From positions 64,001 to 128,000 of IMG/VR virus record IMGVR_UViG_2799112923_000002: DNA of 64,000 bases; one strand, 5' to 3'. Position 1 is the stretch's first letter. The number at the start of each line of letters is the position of its first letter. A program made the translations under genes and the position numbers. This document shows positions 11,229-20,902 of the stretch, one piece after another. This stretch comes from a virus (taxonomy: Duplodnaviria > Heunggongvirae > Uroviricota > Caudoviricetes). The notes beneath the pieces were generated by a model. That model had not been told where the DNA came from. It saw nothing but the letters and a program-made list of their open reading frames with translations, and did not search any database.

Positions 11229-12687
11229 TTTATATCCTTTTTTAAGTGGAACTTTAAGAGCGATTATATCGGAACTTGTTAAAAAAGGCGATCCTATTGC
11301 AAAAGAAATTAGTGATATTGATGCAAATGTTGAAGATTTATTAAAAATTTACACATATATTCCTAATGGATTACGTGATAAAATTGTTGACAAAATAATT
11401 CGTCCATCTTTAACAGAAGAAGTATCAATGCTTTCTGTTAGAGTTGGAGGAGACGATCCAAATGTATCATTTCTCCCAAAAGATAAAGAACCGGAATATA
11501 CAGGAGATGGTACATGGGCAAGAAAGAATCGACAAGAAGGAAAACCTGCAAAAATCTTTCAAAAAGCGTTAGTAAGACAATTTAAACAACGTGAGTGGGA
11601 AACATTTTCTAATGCTTTTAAATCTGAGGTTTGTAATTGTAATAATTTTCAATTAGTATCTGGAGAAGATATTCGTTATTGGTATCACGAAAATAATTAT
11701 TACGAATGTAAAGGTACTCTTGGGAATAGTTGTATGCGATATGATTCAGCTCAAAGTTATTTTGATATATATGTCGATAATGCAAAAATGCTTATCACTA
11801 AAAAAGCTGGAAAATTAACTGGCAGAGCAATCGTATGGGAAATCGATGAGAACACTACAATTCTTGATCGAGTTTATACATGCTTTGATTATCTTTATAA
11901 TTGTTTCATTGATTATGCTAAAGAGCACAAATGGATAATTCGTGAAGATAATTCGTTATTACATACTGGCGAAGAACAATTTTGGTTAACTCCAGATGAC
12001 AATTATCTTCATGTAAAACATTTACCACTCAAGATTAAATTGAAGGAAAGATATGATGAATTTCCTTATGTAGATTCGTTTAGGTATTATAATGAAGATC
12101 ATAACTATATAACTACGAATGTAGATGATTGTGCATTAGATAGTACAGATGGAGATTATTGTCGTTGCACATATACTTGTGATCGTTGTGGACGAACATT
12201 CTTTGGATATGATGATGATATGCCTGACGAACTTCATTGGTCTGAATGGTATGGTGGATATTTATGTGACGACTGTTGTTATTGGTCGGATATATTAGAC
12301 GATTATGCTCCATATGATGAACCAAATGTACGCGTTTATATATCAAGCTGTGAAAGTGATCGAGTACCAACAGCATATATAAAAGATTCCATTGTCACTA
12401 ATCCAGAAGAAGAAGCTAAATGCTCAGATCCTGTTGTAATTATAGATGGTACATATTATTATTTAAACGATTGTAAGGATTTTATTGCATTCGATTTAGA
12501 TAAAAATCAATATACTATTATTCCTGAATCGGATACAGAGATGGAGGAATCAGTAACAGATATAGAAACACAACCTATAGTAGTACATCCTATAGAATTA
12601 CATCCTATAGAGATATATCCTACGGTTGCTGTAAGCTCAACTTCTGAAAATTGATGGGATTTGGTATCCAATACATATAGTAGATAA
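11221..12687 (+). CDS. Hypothetical phage protein (GNSCMRY/GRAIVW motifs, Cys-rich C-terminal part)
   Basis: 477 aa to TGA 12652, or 488 aa to TAA 12685-12687 if TGA=Trp. CDRCG and CDDCC clusters suggest Zn binding. Confidence 0.75.
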
Positions 12688-12698
12688 ATAATAAAAAT

Positions 12699-13451
12699 AT
12701 GCGCTACGATTTAATACCGATTAGAGGTATAGAAGAAGTACATAAAGTACTAAATTCAAAATTAGACAAACATGCTGTAAGTGAATGGAAAGATGGTCTT
12801 AAATGGACAGAAGTTATATCTTCACTTAAAAAACACTTATTAGCATTTGAAAAAGGTGAAGATTTTACACCTGAAGGAAATTTATCAATTGCAGAGGTTG
12901 CTTCTAACGCACTAATTTTAGCAGAGTATTATTCAATTAATCCTGCTGGAGATGATCGTCAATTTTTACCAATAACTAAACCAATTGTTGCATTAGATAT
13001 TGATGACGTTTGTTTAGATTTCATTGGAGGATTTGAACAGAAAACCGGAATCAAATGTAATGATTATTGGAATAGTACATACGAAATGCGTGCAAAATTA
13101 GAAGAACTCTCTACAGATAAAGAGTTTTGGACAACTTTGAAAACAAAACATATGCCGAGTTTTGAACCAGATCTTTATATTACTAGTAGAAGCATTCCAG
13201 TTGAATGGACTAAAGAAAATTTGGAAAAGAACGGATTTCCTTGTGCTCCTGTTTACTGTGTTCCTTGGAACGAAAGTAAACTTGAATTAATGAAAAAATA
13301 TAATGTTTCTATTCTTATCGACGATAAGTTTAGTAATTATAAAGATGCTGTAGATAACGGTATATTTTGCTATCTTATGGATGCACCACATAATAAATAT
13401 TATAATGTGGGACATCGTAGAATTTATGATTTAAATCTTTCTATAAAATAA
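12699..13451 (+). CDS. dATP/dGTP diphosphohydrolase-like (DUF5664-like) domain fused to a HAD 5'-nucleotidase domain
   Basis: N-terminal WKDG.KW...SL.KHL.AF..GED; C-terminal HAD motifs ALDIDDV, ITSR and LIDD. Confidence 0.7.
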   Translation: MRYDLIPIRGIEEVHKVLNSKLDKHAVSEWKDGLKWTEVISSLKKHLLAFEKGEDFTPEGNLSIAEVASNALILAEYYSINPAGDDRQFLPITKPIVALDIDDVCLDFIGGFEQKTGIKCNDYWNSTYEMRAKLEELSTDKEFWTTLKTKHMPSFEPDLYITSRSIPVEWTKENLEKNGFPCAPVYCVPWNESKLELMKKYNVSILIDDKFSNYKDAVDNGIFCYLMDAPHNKYYNVGHRRIYDLNLSIK

Positions 13452-13816
13452 TGAACGATATTTGTGTGCAACTTATTCTTAAACAGAACTCTCATTTAAA
13501 CGAAGATGATCTGTTAATGCTTAATATGTTGTCGGATGAATACGATGTATTATCAGCAAGCTCATTACTTTTAAAATATAACGCCGGAATCGAATGCGTT
13601 GTTAGTTATTTAATTATAAATAGATTGCCTTATTATAAAGCAATGAATTTTCTTGAAACTTATATAGATGGACAAAAAACAGTCTTTCTTCCAAGAAAAA
13701 TCGTATCTGTTGAAAATTTAAAAATTAAAGTAATGGATAATTATGTAAGCGATATACTTATACAAAACGAAGTTGCTAAAATGAATTCATTAATAGAGTA
13801 TAAAAAAATAAGATAA
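13451..13816 (+). CDS. Hypothetical protein, 121 aa
   Basis: Translationally coupled ORF inside the operon. Confidence 0.7.
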   Translation: MNDICVQLILKQNSHLNEDDLLMLNMLSDEYDVLSASSLLLKYNAGIECVVSYLIINRLPYYKAMNFLETYIDGQKTVFLPRKIVSVENLKIKVMDNYVSDILIQNEVAKMNSLIEYKKIR

Positions 13817-14872
13817 ATGAAACTTAAATTATCAGATTTAAAGGTAATGCCTTTAATGGAGACGTTAAAACGTCTAGATATAAGCGATGAAGAATATTTT
13901 AGCAAAAAGTATAAAGATTATATTAGCAACAGTCGCTTAAAATACATTGATCCTAAAGAAGGTGGTAAACCATATTTATATCAATGTCCACCTCATATCA
14001 CTACTCAAAGTTTAAAAGTAGGTAGTGCTGTTCATGAGTGTTTATTACAACCAGAATCTTTTACATTACTTCCAAAGATGAATAGACCATCTGCAAAGTT
14101 AGGAGATGTTGTTGAAATGGTTTATAATCTTGAGAAAGATGGAATGGATAGGATTGAAGCTATTAGAAAAGCGTGTACCGAAGTAGGATATTACGTAAAT
14201 CAAATTGATCGAAAGATTCCTATGATTATTGAAAAAGGTACTCCATTTTGGGAAGCTTTAGATACGCCAAGATCTAGAAACACCAATAAAGAAGAAATTT
14301 TATTATCTGATGCAGACTATGATACTGTATGTGGATGTTTAGAATCTTGTTACAATAATAAAGACATTATGTCAAAATTACATCCAACAGGCATGTTTGA
14401 TCAACCAGTTGAATCATATAATGAGATTGCATTTCTTATCGATTTTTTAGTAACATATAAGGGCAAGCCTATTGCAATTCTTAAATTTAAGATGAAGGCT
14501 GATAATTATACTGTAGATATTGATCGTAAAAAAGTAGTTTTAAATGATTTAAAAACTACTGGTAAAGCTGCAAGATGGTTTATGAACGAAGAATTTGGTT
14601 CACTTATTCATTATCACTATTATCGTCAGCTTGCACTTTATCTATTGGTATTAGAACAGTATTGTTTAAAAAAGTATGGTGCTTCCAAAGAAGCTGGTTG
14701 GACATATGATGCGAATTTTTTAGTTGTTCAAACATTTCCTGACTATGAGAGTAAGTGTTATAAACTTAACAGTTATTGGCTAAAGAGAGGCAAATCAGAA
14801 GCCGAATACCTACTAAAAATGGTAGCTGCTTATACATATTACGGTTGGGATTCCGAAATAGAATTTGAATAA
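13817..14872 (+). CDS. PD-(D/E)XK exonuclease (RecE/ExoVIII-like)
   Basis: YISNSRLK, GSAVHECLL, KMKADNY, NDLKTT and YYRQLALY. Confidence 0.8.
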   Translation: MKLKLSDLKVMPLMETLKRLDISDEEYFSKKYKDYISNSRLKYIDPKEGGKPYLYQCPPHITTQSLKVGSAVHECLLQPESFTLLPKMNRPSAKLGDVVEMVYNLEKDGMDRIEAIRKACTEVGYYVNQIDRKIPMIIEKGTPFWEALDTPRSRNTNKEEILLSDADYDTVCGCLESCYNNKDIMSKLHPTGMFDQPVESYNEIAFLIDFLVTYKGKPIAILKFKMKADNYTVDIDRKKVVLNDLKTTGKAARWFMNEEFGSLIHYHYYRQLALYLLVLEQYCLKKYGASKEAGWTYDANFLVVQTFPDYESKCYKLNSYWLKRGKSEAEYLLKMVAAYTYYGWDSEIEFE

Positions 14873-14887
14873 AAATTCAAAAATATT

Positions 14888-14919
14888 TTTGGAAAATTGA
14901 AAAATTTGTTGTATCTTTG
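14888..14919 (+). promoter_or_regulatory. Bacteroidota-type housekeeping sigma promoter (-33/-7)
   Basis: TTTG (14888-14891), 20-nt spacer, TATCTTTG (14912-14919), in an intergenic gap. Confidence 0.85.
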
Positions 14920-14924
14920 TATTA

Positions 14925-14998
14925 CTGATTTCGAGAGATACAGAATTGTGAAGAAATCAGAATCTCTTTACAAGGGATAGAGATGGTAAAGAACCCTT
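14925..14998 (+). promoter_or_regulatory. Structured 5' leader (two hairpins plus a possible pseudoknot)
   Basis: CTGATTTC/GAAATCAG and ATCTCT/AGAGAT stems; loop AAGGG is complementary to downstream CCCTT. Confidence 0.5.
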
Positions 14999-15029
14999 AT
15001 GGATTAATATGTTAAAAAATTTATTGATT

Positions 15030-15554
15030 ATGAAGCGTTTTGAAATTAATGCTTTCTCTATGGAGGAAGCCAAGGCTAAGGCCGCTGAATTGGGTTTAAC
15101 TGTTGTACGTAACGTTACAATGAGCTGGAAGAATGCAGGTTCTCCTGTTACCGATAAGTCTTTCAAGGAGTTTGCAGTAGATTCTCTCCAGAGGAATCAT
15201 CTTGCCAATGCTGAAGGTGTTGGTCTAATGGTTGTTGTTAGCGGTGGTTCTGCTGATACCCGCGAGCGTCCTTATAAGTACATCAACAATGTTGTTGAGG
15301 GTAAGAAGAATATTGAGCGTGTCTATGAGATTCGCAGAAAGGCTGACGGTGCTGTTCTTGCTACCGCTGGAATGAAGGCTGATGCTGAGAAGAAAGCTAA
15401 GGCTCTCATGGCTGATGTAAAGGCTGATCTTGAGTGTGTAATCGTTTATCACGTTACTGAAGGTAAGGATCTTGCTTTCACGCTGAATTATACTCCTTCT
15501 ACCTCTACTAAGGAAGGTACGTATATCGTATTTGGTAATGAGCGTCAGTTCTAA
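15030..15554 (+). CDS. Hypothetical protein, 174 aa, with high-expression codon bias
   Basis: ATG at 15030 (MKRFEINAF...), strong AAG/GAG/GCT/GGT usage, own promoter and terminator. Confidence 0.85.
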   Translation: MKRFEINAFSMEEAKAKAAELGLTVVRNVTMSWKNAGSPVTDKSFKEFAVDSLQRNHLANAEGVGLMVVVSGGSADTRERPYKYINNVVEGKKNIERVYEIRRKADGAVLATAGMKADAEKKAKALMADVKADLECVIVYHVTEGKDLAFTLNYTPSTSTKEGTYIVFGNERQF

Positions 15555-15581
15555 TTTTTAGTTACGGCTAAGTAAGTAATA

Positions 15582-15620
15582 AAGGCCGGGTATCTTTGTG
15601 GTACTCGGCCTTATTTTTTT
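15582..15620 (+). terminator. Rho-independent terminator
   Basis: AAGGCCGGGTA/TACTCGGCCTT stem followed by ATTTTTTT. Confidence 0.85.
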
Positions 15621-15645
15621 AACATTTCTGAATTAAAAGAAGAAT

Positions 15646-16170
15646 ATGAGTTTTGGAATTAAATTAAAGGATCGTTGATGCGAATGATATCAATGTTGAG
15701 TAACATTCGATCATCTGTGCGATGCCGAACCTCTATTCAAAGTAAGAGATACTTCCGTAGATGAATTCGGAAAACAGGATAGAGATTTTTGTGTTTATTT
15801 TGTTTATGATGGTGCTGGTAGAGTTATTTACGTTGGTAAAGGTAGATATTGGCATTATGAAGAATATGGATTTGATTTATTTTGGCAATCTCGACCATTT
15901 ACACATGATGATTTTTTAGCAGATCAAATAACAAGTGATTGTAAAATAGGTATAATCCATTATGGACTTACTGATTTAGAGGCCAGATTACTTGAAGCTT
16001 ATTATATATTTAAGTTTATAATGTCTGGAAGAACACTTACAAAACAAAATGCACAAATATGAAACGGCTATTCACTTATAAATAAGAAAAGAGAAATGGT
16101 TTCTAATTTTTATGAAGTGGCTAGCATACATTTGATTAATTGCTTATGGAGATCGATCGTGATCTATTAA
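15646..16170 (+). CDS. GIY-YIG family nuclease, 174 aa (TGA=Trp)
   Basis: FCVYFVYD..GRVIYVGKGR...SR...EARLLEAYYI...LIN. Four in-frame TGA codons; absent from the ORF track. Confidence 0.7.
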
Positions 16171-16913
16171 TGAAAGGAAAACCTACCATTATTAAAGGTA
16201 AAGAATTTCTTCCTACTGCAGAATATGTAGCTCCGTTTTTCGACCAAATGTCGCAATTTACGGATAATTTTATTATTAAGGTACAAACTCCAAATCAAGT
16301 CACTTTAACAGACGGTGGTGAAGATTTGACCTATAATAGAGTTTGAATTCAAGCAGTGATGCCTGATAAATATTGTATCGATAATCATGATGAGGTATAT
16401 AGTTTATTATATGGATTGGATGTAAGAACTCCCGTATATAAACTTTATAGAGGTACAATTAATAAAGCATGTACTAATTTATGTGTTTTCTCTCCAGATT
16501 GGTTAGATGTTCAACCAATTGAAGAAGGTAACACGTTTAAATATTCCATCAAGAATATGATGCAGAAGACGAATGATATTCAAGTTCGTCTTCAGAAAAT
16601 GAAAAATACATTTTTGGATAGAGATCCAGATTCAATACATAAACTCTTAGGTGAGCAAATTGAAAAAGTAATGCATCTTGAATGGGCTAATGCGAGTGGA
16701 AAAGTGAAGCTTTCTACAGCAATGTGTGTTAAAGCTTTTCAGATGGTTTATATGGATAGTAGGTCTCCTTATTTTGTAAAGGATACTGAAGAATGTAGTG
16801 TGTTTAATTATTATAATGCGTTTACTCAACTTGTTACCGATGATAGCAAAGATATACTAGGAAAGTTTGAAAAAACTCTTTTAGTTGATTCACTATTTAA
16901 TTTAATTGATTAA
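16146..16913 (+). CDS. DUF932-like protein, 255 aa (TGA=Trp)
   Basis: Two track ORFs are joined by a TGA (YNRVWIQAV). LLYGLD...YRG..NKACTNL resembles DUF932/DUF945. Confidence 0.6.
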
Positions 16914-18661
16914 TGCAAGTAATAAAAAGAAATGGCGAAAAACAGCCATTTGATTTTTCAAAAATTAAAAATGCTGTAAATAAAGCATTTAATGCTGTTC
17001 ATCAATCTGATGCTCCAGATGAATTTATTGATTATATAAACGCGGTTTCACAAACATTTAACAAAGATATTACTGTTGAGGAGATTCAAAATACAGTTGA
17101 ATATGCGTTAATGTCTCAGGGTTGATATGATGTAGCAAAAGCATATATTATTTATCGTGACGCTCATGCTGTTGAAAGAGAACGTCGAAAGAGAATTCAA
17201 TATATGAAAGACTACCAATTAAATGGAGAGAATGCAGCTACATCAAGTGCTTCTGATCCTAATGCTAACATGAATCTTAAAAATGTTGCAAATATGGAAT
17301 CAGAAGTATATAAATATGAGAATAGAAAAACACAAAGAACAATGCTTTACGATGAGATTAAAAGATTGTATAATAAAGACTTAGCGGATCAATATTTAAA
17401 AGATCTCGAATCTCATATAATTTATTCTCACGATGAAGCATCCACTCCAGTAATTAAAAATTATTGTGAAGCTGTAACTTTATATCCTCTTCTTGAAGGT
17501 ACTGGTTCATTGGATGGGACTAGTACAGAGCCTCCTAAACATCTTGATTCGTTCTGTGGACAACTGGTAAATGCTACATTTTTACTAGCATCTCAATGTA
17601 AAGGAGCTGTAGCCTTTGGAGAATTTTTTAATTTCTTTGATCATTTTGCCGTAATGGATTATGGTGAAGATTATGATTTAAAGAAGGATACGTTTGTCGA
17701 TAATCCAGAATTATTTGAACATCCTGATACAATTGAAGATAAAATCAAACAGCAATTTCAACATGTAGTATTTAATTGAAATCAACCTGCAGGTAATAGA
17801 GGTGCTCAATCTCCATTTACTAATATTTCTTATTATGATGAGAATTATTGGCATGCTTTATTTGATGATTTCTATTTTCCTGATGGAACTCAACCTAATT
17901 GGAGAAGAATCGATTATCTTCAAAGATTATTTATTCATTGGTTTAATGATGCTAGAAGTAAGACTCTGTTAACATTCCCTGTTGAAACAATGGCATTACT
18001 TACTGATGGAAAAGATGTAATTGATCAGAATTATAAAGCTCTTACTACAGAGATGTATGCTGCAGGACATAGTTTCTTTACATATTTATCTGATAATCCT
18101 GATAGTTTAGCATCTTGTTGTAGACTTCGTAATCAAATCAACGAAAACGTTTTCTCATTTACAAATGGTTTAACTGGCGTACAAACCGGAAGCTGTAATG
18201 TAATTACTATTAATCTTAATAGATTGATTCAGGATTGATATAATTTAGATAAACCAGAACAAGGTGTGGAATATGATATTTCTGGACCAATGCACGATCC
18301 TAATGATAGACTTAACTCTATGTGAATTGGAAATAAAAATGTTGCATATACATATCTTCAAGCATATTTAACACGACTTGTAGAACGCGTTCATAAATAT
18401 CATATAGCATATAAAACAATGCTTTATGAATGGGAAGCTAATGGTATGTTTACCGCAAGTAAAGCTGGATATATTCACATGAATAAACTTTATTCTACTA
18501 TAGGATTAAATGGAATCAATGAAGCCGCCGAATTCTTAGGACTTACATGTTCATATAATGAAGGATATAAAGCGTTTTGTCAACTTATAACTGGAACAAT
18601 TAGTGAACTAAATCGTAAAAATTCCACAAAGAAATTCCAGTTTAATACAGAATTTGTCCCT
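16913..18661 (+). CDS. nrdD: Anaerobic (class III) ribonucleotide reductase, exon 1
   Basis: ATP-cone MQVIKRNG, active-site LASCCRL and TGSCNVITINL, YSTIGLNG. Ends ...TEFVP at the intron 5' splice site. Confidence 0.92.
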
Positions 18662-18846
18662 AAACGCAGTGGGGACATTAAACCGCTTTTAATTGACTCG
18701 AAACTCCTATAATTAGGACAACGAGGCGCAAGCAGAGAAATCGTGCAGCGTGAGAGACTAAATAAAGCGGCTGCTTAATTGCAGATGCAATAGTCCGAAC
18801 TCTATGGTAACATAGAGAGAAAAATTGAAAAATTTTTCCATCTAAA

Positions 18847-18878
18847 TTTGTTTTTCTCGGAAAATATTTTTATATTTG
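18847..18878 (+). promoter_or_regulatory. Intron-internal Bacteroidota-type promoter
   Basis: TTTG (18847-18850), 20 nt, TATATTTG (18871-18878), 45 nt upstream of the HNH ATG. Confidence 0.8.
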
Positions 18879-18923
18879 TATTGTAATATATGAAAATAAA
18901 AATTATAATTAAAATGTAAAAAT

Positions 18924-19643
18924 ATGGAAAAAATTTGTTCTGTTTGTGGTTGTTCTGTTGGAAATGGAACAGACCATGTATATAGATTCTCTGATGGAAA
19001 TCTATATTGTAAAAAACATTACTTACAGATGTATCGTCATGGTAAAATACTAGAAAGAACCATTTACGATAAAAACGAATACATTAAATATAATGATTAT
19101 GCTGAATGTATTTGTTACGATACAAAAGGTAACGAGAAAGGCAGAGTTAAAATAGATCTTGATAAGATCAACGACTTGCAAAATTATAAAATCTATATCC
19201 GTAACCAAAACGGAAAATTATATGCGGCTATATCGATTGATAATAAAAAGATATTATTGCATAGATATCTATTTGGAATTGTAAATGAAAAATATGATAT
19301 AGATAAAGTTGTTGATCATATTAACGGTGACTCCTTAGACAATAGATTGTGTAATTTGCGTCAATGTTCTCACTCACAAAATATGCAGAACATTCGTAAA
19401 ATAAACAAAATAATCGGAGTCGCACTAGGACCAAATAAAAACAAAAAATGAGTCGCTAGAATCATGAGTAATTATAAATCTATACACATTGGTACTTTTA
19501 ATACTAAAGAAGAAGCAGTTTATGCTAGACTTTTAAAAGAAAAAGAACTTTGTGGTGATTATGGCCCTAATAAAGATTTATTTTATTTATTAGATCAGTC
19601 CTCTCCAATAGAAGCTATTAAGCAAGCTTTAGAGGACGTGTAA
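18924..19643 (+). CDS. HNH homing endonuclease with N-terminal Zn finger and C-terminal AP2 domain, 239 aa
   Basis: CSVCG...CKKH; VDHINGDSLDNRLCNLRQ; KW(TGA)VARI...HIGTFNTKEEA. Confidence 0.9.
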
Positions 19644-19651
19644 CAGAATTG

Positions 19652-20125
19652 GCTGAATCTTTAAGTTCTAAAAATTATAATTGAGATCTTCAGGATGGTT
19701 ATTGGGTACCTTTAAATAGAAATCTTTACAATTCTTATTTTTATCTTGCATCTGATCCTAACACATCTATTCTTGATCGTTTTAAACTTCATGGCCGTGA
19801 ATTTACTGGAACACTTGATGGCGGAGTAGGTCTACATTGTAACCTTGAAGAACATTTATCTCAAGAACAATATAATTATCTAATTAATTATGCAATTCAA
19901 GTTGGATGTTCTTATTTTACATTTAATATTCCAAATTGTCAGTGTGATAAATGTGGACATATAGAAAAGCATCATTTTGATAAATGTCCTAAATGTGGAA
20001 GTGAAGAAACCACAGATTGAACTAGAATCATTGGTTATTTACGTCCTGTTCCTAAATTTGATAAAGAGCGTTATAAAGAAGCTTTAACAAGAATTTATCA
20101 TCCAGCAAGTAATTTACAATGTTAA
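19652..20125 (+). CDS. nrdD: Anaerobic ribonucleotide reductase, exon 2 (spliced protein about 740 aa)
   Basis: AESLSSKNY..., LDGG, Zn site CDKC...CPKC, glycyl-radical loop TRIIGYLRP. Confidence 0.92.
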
Positions 20126-20604
20126 AATATGTAGATACACAAATTGTCTTCTCAGAGATTCCGAATGAAGTTACACTAGCAATAAATATATCAGGGTGTC
20201 CAAATCGATGTCCTGCATGTCATTCTAAATATCTCTGAGAAGACATTGGAGAACCATTAAACAAAGAATCAATTTTAAAATTGATTTCAGAAAACGAAGG
20301 AATAACTTGTGTTTGTTTAATGGGCGGTGATCAAGCTCCAAATAGTATTAATTGGTTAGCTATATGTGTAAAAGAAAAATATCCAGAGTTGAAAGTAGCA
20401 TGATATTCTGGACTACCAAAGATTCATAAAGATATCGATACATTCTATTTTGATTATATTAAAACTGGACCGTATGTAGAAGATTTAGGCCCTCTTACAA
20501 GTCCAACAACTAATCAAAAACTTTATTGTAAAGGAAAACATTTACATAAAATGGATGCTAGAGAAGAAGGTCTTTATGATATAACTGATAAATTTTGAAA
20601 ATAA
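20119..20604 (+). CDS. nrdG: Anaerobic RNR activase (radical SAM), 161 aa (TGA=Trp)
   Basis: FSEIPNEVTLAINISGCPNRCPACHSKYLW, CLMGGD, WYSG and DYIKTGPY. Absent from the ORF track. Confidence 0.92.
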
Positions 20605-20605
20605 T

Positions 20606-20902
20606 ATGATAACAGAAAGTTGTAACGATTTACTTATTAAGGCAATGGAGTGTAAAAGTAATTTTCCGTTTCACGGTATACAAGTAACACAACCAGAAGT
20701 AGCAAAAGAGATATCTGAAATAATAGCATTTGATTCTGATCCAACAATTCAAATTCCAATTGACTCGTTAATAGAACTTGTATACGATAATGGAACAGAT
20801 GCACAAATTTCATTTATCAAAAATTTAGTGGAGAATAATGATGTTAAATATATTAGTTTATCATTAAGCGCATTAAACAATATTTATGATTCCAATTCTT
20901 AG
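20606..20902 (+). CDS. Hypothetical protein, 98 aa
   Basis: ORF in the operon, ending at TAG. Confidence 0.65.
   Translation: MITESCNDLLIKAMECKSNFPFHGIQVTQPEVAKEISEIIAFDSDPTIQIPIDSLIELVYDNGTDAQISFIKNLVENNDVKYISLSLSALNNIYDSNS

Larger units (their letters stand above)
18662..19651 (+). mobile_element. Group I intron in nrdD with an internal homing endonuclease
   Basis: P1 exon GTCCCT pairs with GGGGAC with U-G at the splice site; P3 CCGCTTT/AAAGCGG; R-like GAGACTA; S-like GATGCAATAGTCC; terminal G at 19651. Removal restores FVP-AESL in frame. Confidence 0.9.

Noticed and set aside
15591-15598. TATCTTTG (-7-like box) inside the terminator hairpin
   Set aside because: There is no TTTG at the 20-nt spacing, and the stem explains the sequence.
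18662-18712. Track ORF extending NrdD to 18712 (PKRSGDIKPLLIDSKLL)
   Set aside because: This is read-through into intron sequence; the conserved protein continues at AESL in exon 2.
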